DNA from: an uncultured Poribacteria bacterium
GTDB taxonomy: Bacteria > Poribacteria > WGA-4E > WGA-3G
Direction: 5' to 3'
DNA length: 64,000 bases
Assembly (NCBI GenBank): GCA_951813565.1
Contig: OX638351.1
Coordinates: 5,088,001 to 5,152,000, forward strand
Below, piece by piece: positions 8,190 through 19,497 of this stretch. The notes under the pieces were generated by a model that ran no database searches, had not been told where the DNA came from, and saw nothing but the letters and a program-made list of their open reading frames with translations. Position 1 is the first letter of the stretch, and each line of letters opens with the position of its first letter. The position numbers were made by a program, and so were the translations under genes.

Positions 8190-11100
8190 CTAATCAACTG
8201 ATGCATCGCCAATTTTCAAATCTTCAAAAGGTTTTCCATCAGCATCAGTAATTCGTAGATAGAATCCCCAGCTTAGTTCCTTATTGCAGACCTTGACAAG
8301 TATGGTGTTTTTACCAGCCTTGAGCGTTACTGGAATAACGTTATCATCAATGACTGCCCATCCACCATTTGGTTTTGCAAACACTTCTTTACCATTCAAC
8401 CAAATTTTACCTTCATCATCACTACCAAATCGGAATTGCACCTCACGTTCATCAGGGGATATCACGTTTGCCCATGCGTAGGAAACACGCCAATTAATGT
8501 CCTTCCCTAAATCAACGAAACCATCGAAAGCGTCATCCGTAAATGTTTGCCAACTTATCTGCCCATCTGCGCCTTCATATTTGGCAGTTGGGTCAAATTG
8601 CGTAGTATCTTCGGAGATGTATTTGGTATTATATCCGATTTCTGCAGTATTGTCAAATGGTCCGAGAACAAGCCACGCATTTTCATGAACTATGCCGGTT
8701 TGCAGCATCTGTTCCATTGCCTTATCGGGCATGTTGTTTTTACTATAGTACTCAGCCAAGCCGAGGTTGACATTTAGGTGGAATGATGGTTTAGGCGGGG
8801 GCGCGTTTAGTAACTCTTCCGCCGTTTTAAATTTCAGATCGGTAAAAGGAGTCCCATCTTCGTCAGTAAGCCGCAAATAAAAACCCCAAGATTGCGTTGA
8901 ATTGCAAATCTTCATAAGGATAGTATTTTCTCCTTGCTTCAAGGTGACAGGAATCGTATAACGGTCAAATGATATTCCGCTGGTTCTATCATGCTTAAAC
9001 ACATGTTGACCGTTTAGCCAAATTGTTCCCTGGTCATCGCTATCAAATCGGAATGTAATGTCGCGTTTATCTGGAGAGATAACAATTGCCCATACATAGG
9101 CTGCCTGCCCATCCTTATCGCTGCCGAAATTGTAATGTCCATCCAATAATACATATTCAGATTCTTTCCAACTGATGAGTCCATCTTTTCCATAGTATTT
9201 TGCTGTTGTGTCAATTTGTGAAGTTTCTTCAGGGATATACGCATTTCTATGGCCTATTGAATCTACATTTTTAAACGGTCCAAGGGTTATCCAACGAGTT
9301 TCAGGCACAAAACCTGTTTTTGAAAAAAGGTAGCTTTCCACGTTCTCAGGCGTATCATTTTCACTGTAGAATTGCGCTAACGTACGGTAAGCGTGTGCAC
9401 GATTACTTGAACTTTCTGGTGGAATAGTTTTTATCAACCCATCCAGCATTTGGGCATAACGTTCTTTATCGTTTGCTTTCTTTCTTAAATCAGCGACTTT
9501 CTTCCAAAACTGCTCCGAGGAATAATCGGAAGTAATGATACTTAAAGCGTATTTGTAATTTCTTAACGCATCATCATAGCGTTCATTTGCAATACACGCA
9601 TGCCCAAGTGTCATGGGATAGTAATAACTCGTTCCCGTATAGCCTTGTAATGCACGTTTCGCGAATTTTAGCGCAATGTCCGGATAGAGACCTTTTTCAA
9701 GGAGTTCTTCAGCAAACCTACGTTGGTAATATGCACTCTGTTTGTTGACCGCTTTCTCTCGAATCTTCAACCACTTCGCGTATGCAAGTTCAGCTTTTTC
9801 CGATTCATCTGTTTTCTTGTAGAGATCGCCTAATAGTTCGTGCAGTTCAGCACTTCCTTCTCCTTTCGGAATCAGCTCTTCAAGGATAGCGATGCGTTTG
9901 TTTTCTTGCCCTTCATCAGTGTAAAGGTCGGCGATAGCGCGAATTGCTGAATTGTGGTTGCCTTGTGTCAGCGGTGCGTCTAATGCGCGACGATATACTG
10001 CTTGAGCTTCTGATGTCAGGTTCTGTTTTACAAATAATTTTGCTAACAGATCGTAGGACTGGTATGATTTTGGTTGAAGTTCAATCGCTTTTTCGTAAGA
10101 GGATGTCGCCTTTATCAAGTGCTCAGTCTTCAAACTTCCAAAAATTGGACGGGTGTAAGATTCAAGTTTAGCATTTCCAATGAGTTTCCCATCATTTTTA
10201 TGAGGTGAACTATCGGAAACGCGACCATCCGTTTCTGCGTCAAATTTCCAATAGCCGACTAATCCTGTTTCATCTCCATTCAACTGCTTGTTCATATCGG
10301 AACGAATTTGTTTTTCAGTACGCGCGATGTTCCAAATTCGCACTTCATCAATGAGCCCAGCAAAAGATGCGTGCTCAGATATTTCTTCTTCATGTGAACA
10401 ACCGATACGAAATGGCAGTGTGGTTTTACGTAGACTGTTCGCCTGTTTAAAGTCATTTCTTCCAACTTCAAAACCGTTGAGATATAACTTCATGATGTCA
10501 TTTTTAGCATCAATGGTTCCCGCAACATGGTACCATTTATTTTTTTCAATCGTATTTGGCGGAGACCAAATAAATTTTTGTGGATGTCCGCCCGGGGATG
10601 CATTAAAGAGAATTTTACCTTCATCAAACAACCAAAGTGTGAATTGACGATGCGAAATGTCCGGAATCCGTTTGTCACCTTTGAATAACACAGTCGTATA
10701 GGTGTTTAGAAAATCTGTGGGTTTGATCCATGCTGATACTGTCACTTGTTCCGTAATCTCATTCAAAGACTCGCTGCCGTTGATTTCGACGTAACTTCCG
10801 TTGCCATCTAAGCTAAGTGCTGTGTCTCCAACACTCTCAAAGACTGGACGGGTATAAGGTGAAAGCGTGGCATTTCCTATGAGTTTGCCATCATTTTTGT
10901 TAGGTGAACTATCAGAAACGCGTCCCTCCGTTTCTGTGTCAAATTTCCAATAGCCGACTAATCCCTGTTCATCCCCATTGAGTTGCTTGTTCATATCAGC
11001 GCGAATTTGTTGCTCAGTACGTGCAACGTTCCACACACATACTTCATCAATTTGCCCGACAAAAGCTGTATGTGCAGACACCTCTTCATGAGTCCATCCA

Positions 11101-14100
11101 ATACGAAGTGCGAGATTGCTTTGATATATTCTCTGTTCGCCCTTAAAATCTCTCTGATTAACCTGAATTCCATCAATAAAAAGTTTGATGATGTCGTTCT
11201 TTGTATCCACAACACCCGCAATGTGATGCCAAGTGTTGGGTTCAATAATACCTTTTGAAGAATAAATAGATGCGTCACTTTCGCCATCGGGCGATGCAGC
11301 AAATTGAATCGACCGATCATCTTTAAGATTTAGGAAAAAACTTCGTTTCTTGAAATTGGAATCCCACTCATCAGTTTTAGAAATAAAAGGTGAATATCCG
11401 TTTGGGAATTTTGTCGGTTTAATCCACGCTGATACTGTCACCTGATCCGTAATGTTGTTTAATGACTCGCTGTCACCGATTTCAACGAAACTCCCATTGC
11501 CGCCAAGCGTAAGCGCAGTGCCTTCAACCACTTCACCTGTCTTCCGTCTCTCAGACGCAGGCGGCAGATTTTGATAAAGGTCACCAAGTTTTTTGTGCCA
11601 CTGCGTTTTTTTGGGTTGCAGTGTGGAAAGTTTTACATATTGCCCAATCGCTTCTTTAGTTTTATTGGTGGCTTCATAACTTTCGGCAAGTTTCAAGATT
11701 AGCTTGGAATCGTTGGGGTTCTCCTCAACCTTCTTAAGCTGTTCCGGTATCCATTTTTCGTAAAGTTTTCCATCTTTAGCGATTTCACGGATTGCATTTT
11801 TTGCCTTATTTTGTGTGCTGTCAGATGTGGCTCTGCTTGCCATCTCCTGATATGCATCAATAGCTTCTTCGTAGCGCTTTGCCTCACGGTAGCTTTTCGC
11901 AAGCATTTCGCGCAAAGTATCTTGAATCGAACTACCGCTGTAACTGCTACTTGCATCAATCGCGGATTTAGTCAGTTCAATCGCTGGTTCGTACATTTTA
12001 TTCTCAATGCAGAAAGTTGCGACCGTGCCAAGAAACCACATATCAGTTCTTTTACTACTGGATGCAAGTGCCTTCTCAGCTCGTTTGAGCGTCTCTTTCA
12101 CCAATTCAGGTTGTTTGTTTTTTTCCAAAGCAGCCGCGGCATAATATAAATTGCGCAAATCATCAGATTTTGCTTTGCCAAGTGCTTTATACATTTCAGC
12201 AGCTTTTTGATAGTCCTTTGCATCCCAATATATTTTTGCCATCACTCTGAGTGCAACAGAATTTTCTTTATTTTCTTCAAGTTTACCCTCATAATGCGTC
12301 TTCAAATCATCAAGTTTAATTTGATCATTGAAAGCACTAATCAAAGTATCACGTGCGGTATCTACATCGTATCTCGCTGTAATACCTAACGAACTGTACG
12401 ACGAACTGTACCTGAGTGTTCTACTGTTTGTATTTGTATTCGCCTGTGTTTCATAGGTTTCTATTACTGAGTCCATTTCACCGAGTTCCACGTATACTTT
12501 GAGCAATTCAGCAGAAATTCTTTCTTTCTCATAAGAGCTGGTTGTCATGTCGCGTGCTCTCTTATAAGCATCAACAGATTTTTCTAATTCGCCGGCATTC
12601 AGAAAGTGTTCGGCACGGACTTTTTGCATCTCAAAAGTAAGTGTGCCTTCATCTTCAGCCTTTTGTAGCATCTCTTCTAAATTTCCCTGATAACGATAAA
12701 GGTTAATCAATTTCCGTTCGATATTTCGCCGATCATAATCTGATACCGTGTACTGAATGGCATCCCTGAATGCCTTTTCTGTCGCAGCTACGTCGTCATT
12801 AGAGAAGTAAAGTGCTGCCATATCGAGATGAATTTGTCTATCTCCAGGCGCTAATTCAATTGCTTTTTGATATGTGGTAAGAGCCTCATCCGGTTTATTT
12901 TCGTCGGCATAGAGTTTTGCAAGTCGTACGTAATGGACACCAATTTCCGGTTCAGCTTCAATGTATTTCTGTGCAAGTTCAAGTGCATCGTTGGGTTTAT
13001 CAGCATCTTGATAACTTTTGACAAGTCCATCCTGATACTTTGTATTCTCTGGGTCAGCTTCAAGCAGTTCAGTCCACGTCTGGGCAGCTTTTTCGTGTTG
13101 ATCCATGCTTGTATAGAGCTTTGCCAGTTGCGCTCGGGATTTAAAGTCTTCGGGTACCGTTTCAACGATTCGTTCATAAATTTCTATGGCTTTATCTTCT
13201 TCGTCACGCTGCACGAATTCTTCTGCCATCGCGCGCTGCATACCGATACTCATCTCTTGCGTTTTTTCGGCAAGTTCTTCTGTGGCATCAAGATCGCCGC
13301 GTTGCTGTTTTATCCGCATGAACCTATCTTGTGCATACTCACGGTTATACGATGATGCAGAAAGATCGTTGATAATTTCGGTAAAGATAGCCTCGGCATC
13401 ATCCCACATTTGGTGTTGCATGTATTTTGAGCCGAGTTGTCTTTTTTCATACACGCTTCTTGAACTATCTTGCATAGTTTGGATCGTGCCCATTTTACGG
13501 AATGCATTTTGCGCTTTTTCCAATTCATCTATCTTGGCATAAGCCTCTCCCAGTTTCTTGTAACATTCTTCGAGTTCCCATGAATTTTGACTTTCAAGTT
13601 TCTCTGCGGCAGCTTCAAGGAGACGGAATTGAAGTTCGTTCCCTTCACATGCGTTAGCAAGATTATAAAGCCACTGGGTGCTAACAGACGTGAGTGCATT
13701 CTCAATCAGATGATTGACGTGCAAACTTGCGCCTTCAATATCATCCGCCTTAAGTTTCATGGATGCCACAAGATATAGGAGTTTAGCGTCTGAAGGACTT
13801 TCGGCAAGTTTCGCTTCATATTCTGCAATAAAACTTTCTAATTCATCACTTTTCTCATCTTCTGATTCATCGTTTTTCTTATAGAGATTAGCGAGTCTTA
13901 ATACATAAGATACTTGGATGTCAGATATATCGTCAGTTTTGGATTGTTCGCGCAAGTATTGGATTGCCTTCTCACGTCCACCTGCTTTTTCATGAAATTC
14001 CGCAAGTTTCAATACAAACTGCGTTTGGGAAAGTGAGGTCTTACCAAGTTTTTGCTTTTCGGTTAAGTACTGAATCGCTTTTTCAGGGTCACCAGCAGCA

Positions 14101-17100
14101 ACATAAGCTGAGGCTAATTCCCGGTGGATATAGTCCCAGCTCGGGTGAACTTGAAGAATTTTTTCGAATATATCAACAGCATCTTGCGGTCTATCTTCGG
14201 TCAGACAACGTTGCGCAACTTCTTGGGTGAAATCGTTGCCGGCGTATTGTCCAACAGGCAGAATTATCTCTTTCGTGAGAGCAATAAGTTCATCCATTTT
14301 TCCTGCTTCAACAAATGCGTCTATGGCATTGCGATAATTGTATCCGAGAGCAGTTGAGTTATTTTTTAGAAGTATGGAATATTCAGGGACAGCATCCACT
14401 GCTTTCCCATTTCGCTCCAACATCTGGATGTGTCGGAGGCGGGTTGCACTGTCCTTCGGTTGTAATTTCAACGCTGCTTTGAACGCCTCTGAGGCTTTGT
14501 CAATCTTATTAGTGCCCTCATAGAACATTGCGAGTCTGATTTGCGCTTGGAATGACTCAGGATTCTTTTCGACCTCAGCGATAAAGTGGTTTTCACGGTC
14601 CTGCATACTTTGTGAACGACCAACAATATTTGTAGCCTGTTGAAAATTCCATGCGTACATCGTCCGTCCATAGCGATCAGGTTGGTTAGCAAAACGTAAT
14701 GCACGCTCCGCGAGTAACGCTGCATCCTGCCCTCTGCCGAGTTGTCTAAGATGTTGACTTAAATTCATCAGAAAATTCGGGCTGCGCTGTGTCATTGCTA
14801 ATGCCATCGCTTTTTTCGCAGCAGCAATCGCGTATTGTGTGAAACCAGCATCTTGAAGACTTTGTGAGAAATCATAAAGCTCTTGCGCACCAGTTGGTGA
14901 ATTCAGAATTTTTGCGATCAAGTCACGTATAGTGACTGCATCGCCTGTATGAACGGCAAGCTGCAGTAAAAGATCATAATACTGGCGACGGTTTCTTGGT
15001 TCTCTCTCAGCAAGATCCTCAAGCATAACCAATGCCTCCCTAAATTCCCCAGTCTGAATAGAGACAAAAGCGGTGTTGAGTTTCAGTGTAAGGTCATCTG
15101 GAAATTCCTTTTGCAAGGTAGAGAGAACCTCTTGTGCCAGATCGCGTTTGCCATCCCACCAATAGCAATAACTGAGTGCCAAACTCGGATAGATACGGTC
15201 CCGCCCCTCTGCCGCGTCTAATTCTTTTTGGAATTTTTTATATAACACTTCCTGTTGATCCCGCATCCAAAACTCACGAAAAATTGATCGGAGATAATTC
15301 AAACGTTCCTGATTGAAGTATGCTGTTGGGGTGGGAAAAGTAGACTGAACTCGTCTATAACTTCCGTAATAATAGTTTGCCAGGGAAAGTGCAGCAACAC
15401 GTCTGGGATTCGATGCGTTAGGTTTTGTTCGTTCACAAAAAGTCCAAAAAAGCGCAACCGTTTTGTTGAGTTCACCTTGATCTATGTAAGTATCTGTGAG
15501 TCTTTCAAAAAGGCGCCTATACTGCCCATGCTGCTTTTGCGGCGGGATAGGGAGATTAATAAGGATTTTCTCTGCGATATCTATCTTTTTAGTCACATGG
15601 AAAGCATCAACTAACTCATAACCTGTGCTGAAGTCAGTGACTTTTATATCCTCAATTTCACTCAATAGTTTTTTGGCATCTTCTTTTTTATCGTCACGAT
15701 AAAGCTCTTTGGCGTATTCACCGATATATCGGAGTCTTGCTTCGGGAACCAACCCAGGCATATCAGCAAGTGATTCTTTTAACGTTTCGTAACTGAGGTC
15801 CTCTTGTATTAATCGTTGCAATCGTAGCGGTTGGTATGCCAAGTCGTTGGGTGAGATTTCAATCAACTTGTCAATAACATTTTTAGCCTTGTCGTTGTTC
15901 TGAATCAAGGTATAGAATTGTGCTAAGGTTTCAAGTGTCTTGATGTTTGTAGGATTTGTCTCGGCATCAGTTTCAAAATGTTTGACGAGTTCAGGCAGTT
16001 TTCCCTGCTGCTGCGCAATTGTTGTTAATTGCACGAGAGCGCCAGCTTGTGCCTCTTCAAAAATTTTCGGCATCCACGGCATACTGGCACCCGCAAAAGT
16101 CGGTTTACTCTGAATCCGTCCGATACTTCCACGAGAAATCTCGAATTTATTTATTTCAATTCCAGGAATGGAAGAAGAAGCGAAAATCGTAGGTCTTGCA
16201 TCCTTCTGTTTTGACATATTTTGAGGGGGTTCAGGCATGTCGAGAATCTTGTGAAAATACGTGGTCGCGCGTTCTGATTCATTCATTCCGACCAACATAA
16301 CGCCAAGCCGGTAAAGGGGGATGTGCGCGTCAGTGCCTGTAATTTTTTCAGCTGCCCGGTCAAGCACCAAAAATGCTTCATCTGACAGTCCATGGCGTAG
16401 CAATAAAGCAGCGAGTTTCACATCCGCTTCAAGCGTCTGATTTTTCGCGTGTAGCAGTTTCGTCCATGCTTGAATTGCTTCCTGTTCACGTCCTGCATCA
16501 AACAACAATTCACCGAATTTTTGTTGATGAAAGCTTTCGGGGTGTGCCTTGACGAGACGTTGTTGATATGTGAGCGCATCCTGATTATCACCAAGATCAA
16601 GGCTAATTTCTACAAGTTTTGATAATAAATCCGGATTTTTGCGATCCTTATCTAACGCCCTTGCCAATTGAAAGCGCGCGTTCGGTAGGTCGCCATCCAT
16701 TCGGTAAAGTTCTGAAAGTGCTAAAACCGGTGCTACATCAGACGTGCTGGATTTAGATAATTGCTTCAATTTTTCCTCAAACTCTCCACGTCTACCGAGG
16801 TCATAATATGCTTCGGAAAGAGGTCCAACAAAAGCAAGTTTTTCACTCACGGTCCTGCTCAAATCCCAACACCGCCAATACTGTGCGAGTGCTTGCTGAA
16901 GTTTGCCTGAAAGTTTATAAATAGCTGCTAATTCAGCGCGTGTATCAATCGCTTCTGGTCGTAAACGAATTGCCTGTTTTAGACTGTCTATAGCCGTATC
17001 GTAGTTTCTGGATTGTTTAGCGATTTGTGCAAGCAGTTGATGTCCTTCAGGATTGCGAGGACTGTTTGCAATCACCTGTTTTGCCGCGGTTGTTGCCGCG

Positions 17101-19115
17101 CCAAAATCCATCACGTTGAGGTAAGATTTGGCGATGTTAGCATGGTATTCGCGAGCATTCGCGCCGTCTACTTCTATCAAGTGCATGTAGATGGCATTTG
17201 CCTCATCACGTCTACCTTGGCGGGAATAGACTTGGGCGAGCCATCGGTTCACAACAACATCATTAGGTTTGAGTTGCTTCGCTTTCAAAAGAACTTCCAA
17301 TGCATAAGTTACATTCCCTAACTTCAGATACATTTTGGAGAGTTGCTTTTGGTGCGTAAATTTGCCCGTATCAGTTAACCCTGGCTTTTCAAGTTCGGTT
17401 TCCAAAGCTTCGATCTTGTCAACGAGTGTGCCTTGCCTACGATAAAGTTCAATTCTTTTATCATCCATCTTTTCGGCAAAAAACTGATTTGGTGCAAGTT
17501 TCATCGCCGCTGTGTATTCCGTGAGCGCTTCATCAAACTTTCTATTGTCCATCAAATGCTTTGCCAATGTTTCGCGATAACGGTATTCATCTGGCATCAA
17601 CTCAACGGCTTTTCGAATTGCAGCTATAGCCTCAGTTTTGAAATTCTTTGCGTTAAGCAACTGTGCTAATCGGTCATAATTCACCGCGGTAGCTTTATCA
17701 TTGGCAACCATCCGATTCCATGTCTCAAGTGCTTTCTCACGATTTCCTTGACGGAAGTAAAATTCTCCAAAATACTCAATATAATCGAGATTATTCGGTG
17801 CAAGCGAGATCGTTTTTTCATATTGTGCAATGGCATCGTCTATCCATTCGTGTCCAGCGTAAATCTCTGCCAAGATGAGGTGTGTACTGGCATTGTTCGG
17901 ATCACGATCAATCATCCGCTGATAAGTTGCCTTTGCTTTGTTCTCACTTTCTATTTGCAAATACAACTCACCGAGTTCTCTGTAGATACCGAAATTGTCA
18001 GGGTCTTGTTCACTGAGGACTTCGTATTCCGCTGCTGCTTCCACAAATTTCTCAGCATTGCGAAGGGCGGTGATAAGGTTTAAACGTAGGTTTGCATCTG
18101 TTGAGGCAAGTTCAAGTCCTTTACGGTATGCTTCAATACCTTCTTCAAGTTGTTGATTCTCTATATATGCTGCTGCAAGCAATCCGAGCAGTTCCGGTTC
18201 ATTAGGGCTGGTTTCGAGTTTTTCCTGATAGTATTCTATTAAACCTTTCCAATTACTATCAGCTGCGAAAATACCGATGATACGGTGTTGGAGGTCTTTA
18301 CGTAGCCAATTGCCTGGGGCGGTTAATGTCAGTGCAGCATCGTAACTTTGGATTGCATTTTGATAGTCGCCTTTTGACTCATGGATATTGCCAATTTCTC
18401 TATGACTTAAGCAGATTCTGTAAGGGTCATCCTTTTTCAGTTGAATAATTGCCTCGTGCTGTGCGATAGCTTCTTCGTATAGTTCCTGTTCACGGAAAAG
18501 GTCTGCAAGTTCAATACGGGCAAAAATATCTTGCGGATCAAGTTCTGATATTTTTTGCCATGCCTGAATTGCTTCATCAACCCTATCTCGGCGGAAATAG
18601 GCGTTTCCAAGTGCCTTGTATATTGCTGTTAATTCTTCGGGAGGGACATCTTGTGTTTGTTCAGACAGTGCTGCTGCCTTTGTCAACGCTTGGATTGCAT
18701 CTCCATGTTGACGCAGGGCTTCATGCATCTGTCCCAGGGCAAAATGGGAGTAATATTTGCTCGGTGCGAATTCGACAGCACGTTGATATGCTGCAACCGC
18801 CTCAGCGTCTTTGCCAAGTCGTTTGTAAATGTGTCCTAAAATAAGTTGGAGATTTGGATCGTTAGGTTTGGCTTGTGCTTCTGCCTGATAGTCTGCGACC
18901 ATGGCATCTAAACCTGCACCTTCAAGGTAAAACTGATAAAGACGGTCAAATGTACTCCCCTCTTTTGGCTTACGACTTAGCATCAGTTTATAGCGTTCAA
19001 TGATTTTCTCATTGCTCGCTTCATCTTGGGAATTAGCCATAAATGGGAGATATAAGGTAGAAAATATAAGACACAGCAAGCATGCGACAGTTAAAAAGTG
19101 TATGCGTCTAAACAT
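8190..19115 (-). CDS. Giant secreted TPR-repeat protein with two LamG domains and two C-terminal PA14-like beta domains (~3640 aa)
   Basis: Signal peptide; dozens of TPR-like helical repeats; two LamG modules (VTVSAWIKP...GxIDEVxxWN); two repeats of WxxLGPF...SDDxGxIWLNG...LKxGxNTIL. Confidence 0.9.
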   Translation of the reverse strand: MFRRIHFLTVACLLCLIFSTLYLPFMANSQDEASNEKIIERYKLMLSRKPKEGSTFDRLYQFYLEGAGLDAMVADYQAEAQAKPNDPNLQLILGHIYKRLGKDAEAVAAYQRAVEFAPSKYYSHFALGQMHEALRQHGDAIQALTKAAALSEQTQDVPPEELTAIYKALGNAYFRRDRVDEAIQAWQKISELDPQDIFARIELADLFREQELYEEAIAQHEAIIQLKKDDPYRICLSHREIGNIHESKGDYQNAIQSYDAALTLTAPGNWLRKDLQHRIIGIFAADSNWKGLIEYYQEKLETSPNEPELLGLLAAAYIENQQLEEGIEAYRKGLELASTDANLRLNLITALRNAEKFVEAAAEYEVLSEQDPDNFGIYRELGELYLQIESENKAKATYQRMIDRDPNNASTHLILAEIYAGHEWIDDAIAQYEKTISLAPNNLDYIEYFGEFYFRQGNREKALETWNRMVANDKATAVNYDRLAQLLNAKNFKTEAIAAIRKAVELMPDEYRYRETLAKHLMDNRKFDEALTEYTAAMKLAPNQFFAEKMDDKRIELYRRQGTLVDKIEALETELEKPGLTDTGKFTHQKQLSKMYLKLGNVTYALEVLLKAKQLKPNDVVVNRWLAQVYSRQGRRDEANAIYMHLIEVDGANAREYHANIAKSYLNVMDFGAATTAAKQVIANSPRNPEGHQLLAQIAKQSRNYDTAIDSLKQAIRLRPEAIDTRAELAAIYKLSGKLQQALAQYWRCWDLSRTVSEKLAFVGPLSEAYYDLGRRGEFEEKLKQLSKSSTSDVAPVLALSELYRMDGDLPNARFQLARALDKDRKNPDLLSKLVEISLDLGDNQDALTYQQRLVKAHPESFHQQKFGELLFDAGREQEAIQAWTKLLHAKNQTLEADVKLAALLLRHGLSDEAFLVLDRAAEKITGTDAHIPLYRLGVMLVGMNESERATTYFHKILDMPEPPQNMSKQKDARPTIFASSSIPGIEINKFEISRGSIGRIQSKPTFAGASMPWMPKIFEEAQAGALVQLTTIAQQQGKLPELVKHFETDAETNPTNIKTLETLAQFYTLIQNNDKAKNVIDKLIEISPNDLAYQPLRLQRLIQEDLSYETLKESLADMPGLVPEARLRYIGEYAKELYRDDKKEDAKKLLSEIEDIKVTDFSTGYELVDAFHVTKKIDIAEKILINLPIPPQKQHGQYRRLFERLTDTYIDQGELNKTVALFWTFCERTKPNASNPRRVAALSLANYYYGSYRRVQSTFPTPTAYFNQERLNYLRSIFREFWMRDQQEVLYKKFQKELDAAEGRDRIYPSLALSYCYWWDGKRDLAQEVLSTLQKEFPDDLTLKLNTAFVSIQTGEFREALVMLEDLAEREPRNRRQYYDLLLQLAVHTGDAVTIRDLIAKILNSPTGAQELYDFSQSLQDAGFTQYAIAAAKKAMALAMTQRSPNFLMNLSQHLRQLGRGQDAALLAERALRFANQPDRYGRTMYAWNFQQATNIVGRSQSMQDRENHFIAEVEKNPESFQAQIRLAMFYEGTNKIDKASEAFKAALKLQPKDSATRLRHIQMLERNGKAVDAVPEYSILLKNNSTALGYNYRNAIDAFVEAGKMDELIALTKEIILPVGQYAGNDFTQEVAQRCLTEDRPQDAVDIFEKILQVHPSWDYIHRELASAYVAAGDPEKAIQYLTEKQKLGKTSLSQTQFVLKLAEFHEKAGGREKAIQYLREQSKTDDISDIQVSYVLRLANLYKKNDESEDEKSDELESFIAEYEAKLAESPSDAKLLYLVASMKLKADDIEGASLHVNHLIENALTSVSTQWLYNLANACEGNELQFRLLEAAAEKLESQNSWELEECYKKLGEAYAKIDELEKAQNAFRKMGTIQTMQDSSRSVYEKRQLGSKYMQHQMWDDAEAIFTEIINDLSASSYNREYAQDRFMRIKQQRGDLDATEELAEKTQEMSIGMQRAMAEEFVQRDEEDKAIEIYERIVETVPEDFKSRAQLAKLYTSMDQHEKAAQTWTELLEADPENTKYQDGLVKSYQDADKPNDALELAQKYIEAEPEIGVHYVRLAKLYADENKPDEALTTYQKAIELAPGDRQIHLDMAALYFSNDDVAATEKAFRDAIQYTVSDYDRRNIERKLINLYRYQGNLEEMLQKAEDEGTLTFEMQKVRAEHFLNAGELEKSVDAYKRARDMTTSSYEKERISAELLKVYVELGEMDSVIETYETQANTNTNSRTLRYSSSYSSLGITARYDVDTARDTLISAFNDQIKLDDLKTHYEGKLEENKENSVALRVMAKIYWDAKDYQKAAEMYKALGKAKSDDLRNLYYAAAALEKNKQPELVKETLKRAEKALASSSKRTDMWFLGTVATFCIENKMYEPAIELTKSAIDASSSYSGSSIQDTLREMLAKSYREAKRYEEAIDAYQEMASRATSDSTQNKAKNAIREIAKDGKLYEKWIPEQLKKVEENPNDSKLILKLAESYEATNKTKEAIGQYVKLSTLQPKKTQWHKKLGDLYQNLPPASERRKTGEVVEGTALTLGGNGSFVEIGDSESLNNITDQVTVSAWIKPTKFPNGYSPFISKTDEWDSNFKKRSFFLNLKDDRSIQFAASPDGESDASIYSSKGIIEPNTWHHIAGVVDTKNDIIKLFIDGIQVNQRDFKGEQRIYQSNLALRIGWTHEEVSAHTAFVGQIDEVCVWNVARTEQQIRADMNKQLNGDEQGLVGYWKFDTETEGRVSDSSPNKNDGKLIGNATLSPYTRPVFESVGDTALSLDGNGSYVEINGSESLNEITEQVTVSAWIKPTDFLNTYTTVLFKGDKRIPDISHRQFTLWLFDEGKILFNASPGGHPQKFIWSPPNTIEKNKWYHVAGTIDAKNDIMKLYLNGFEVGRNDFKQANSLRKTTLPFRIGCSHEEEISEHASFAGLIDEVRIWNIARTEKQIRSDMNKQLNGDETGLVGYWKFDAETDGRVSDSSPHKNDGKLIGNAKLESYTRPIFGSLKTEHLIKATSSYEKAIELQPKSYQSYDLLAKLFVKQNLTSEAQAVYRRALDAPLTQGNHNSAIRAIADLYTDEGQENKRIAILEELIPKGEGSAELHELLGDLYKKTDESEKAELAYAKWLKIREKAVNKQSAYYQRRFAEELLEKGLYPDIALKFAKRALQGYTGTSYYYPMTLGHACIANERYDDALRNYKYALSIITSDYSSEQFWKKVADLRKKANDKERYAQMLDGLIKTIPPESSSNRAHAYRTLAQFYSENDTPENVESYLFSKTGFVPETRWITLGPFKNVDSIGHRNAYIPEETSQIDTTAKYYGKDGLISWKESEYVLLDGHYNFGSDKDGQAAYVWAIVISPDKRDITFRFDSDDQGTIWLNGQHVFKHDRTSGISFDRYTIPVTLKQGENTILMKICNSTQSWGFYLRLTDEDGTPFTDLKFKTAEELLNAPPPKPSFHLNVNLGLAEYYSKNNMPDKAMEQMLQTGIVHENAWLVLGPFDNTAEIGYNTKYISEDTTQFDPTAKYEGADGQISWQTFTDDAFDGFVDLGKDINWRVSYAWANVISPDEREVQFRFGSDDEGKIWLNGKEVFAKPNGGWAVIDDNVIPVTLKAGKNTILVKVCNKELSWGFYLRITDADGKPFEDLKIGDASVD

Positions 19116-19497
19116 CAAAAAACCTCCATTGGGAATAGGGCAAGAGTGAACAGAAATCTTTTTATAATGAATATTTCTTAGCGTTTACGGCGTTTGTAGT
19201 CGCGCAATTCATTGCCAAATCAACGGTCCGAATGCCCTTTGGCATTCCCCGTCCGGCATGCTGCCAAATCAACGCCAAATGCGCTTTTTGGCATTTGGCG
19301 GGTGTAAACTTAAGCACATAATTACCAGATTTTCTCTTGTGGGAGGGGTTTTCAACCCCGATTTCTGATGCTATATTATATCGGGCGGACAAGGTCTCCC
19401 TCCCACAAGAGAAAATACAGCATTTTTTCTTAAGTTGACACTTATGGGTAGAGCGAAGCGAAACCCAACAATTCAACCGTCTTGGAAGTAATTTATA

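Noticed and set aside
8284..18844. Many short ORFs antisense to or overlapping the giant TPR gene (and similar ones over other CDS)
   Set aside because: Shadow ORFs with no recognisable motifs.
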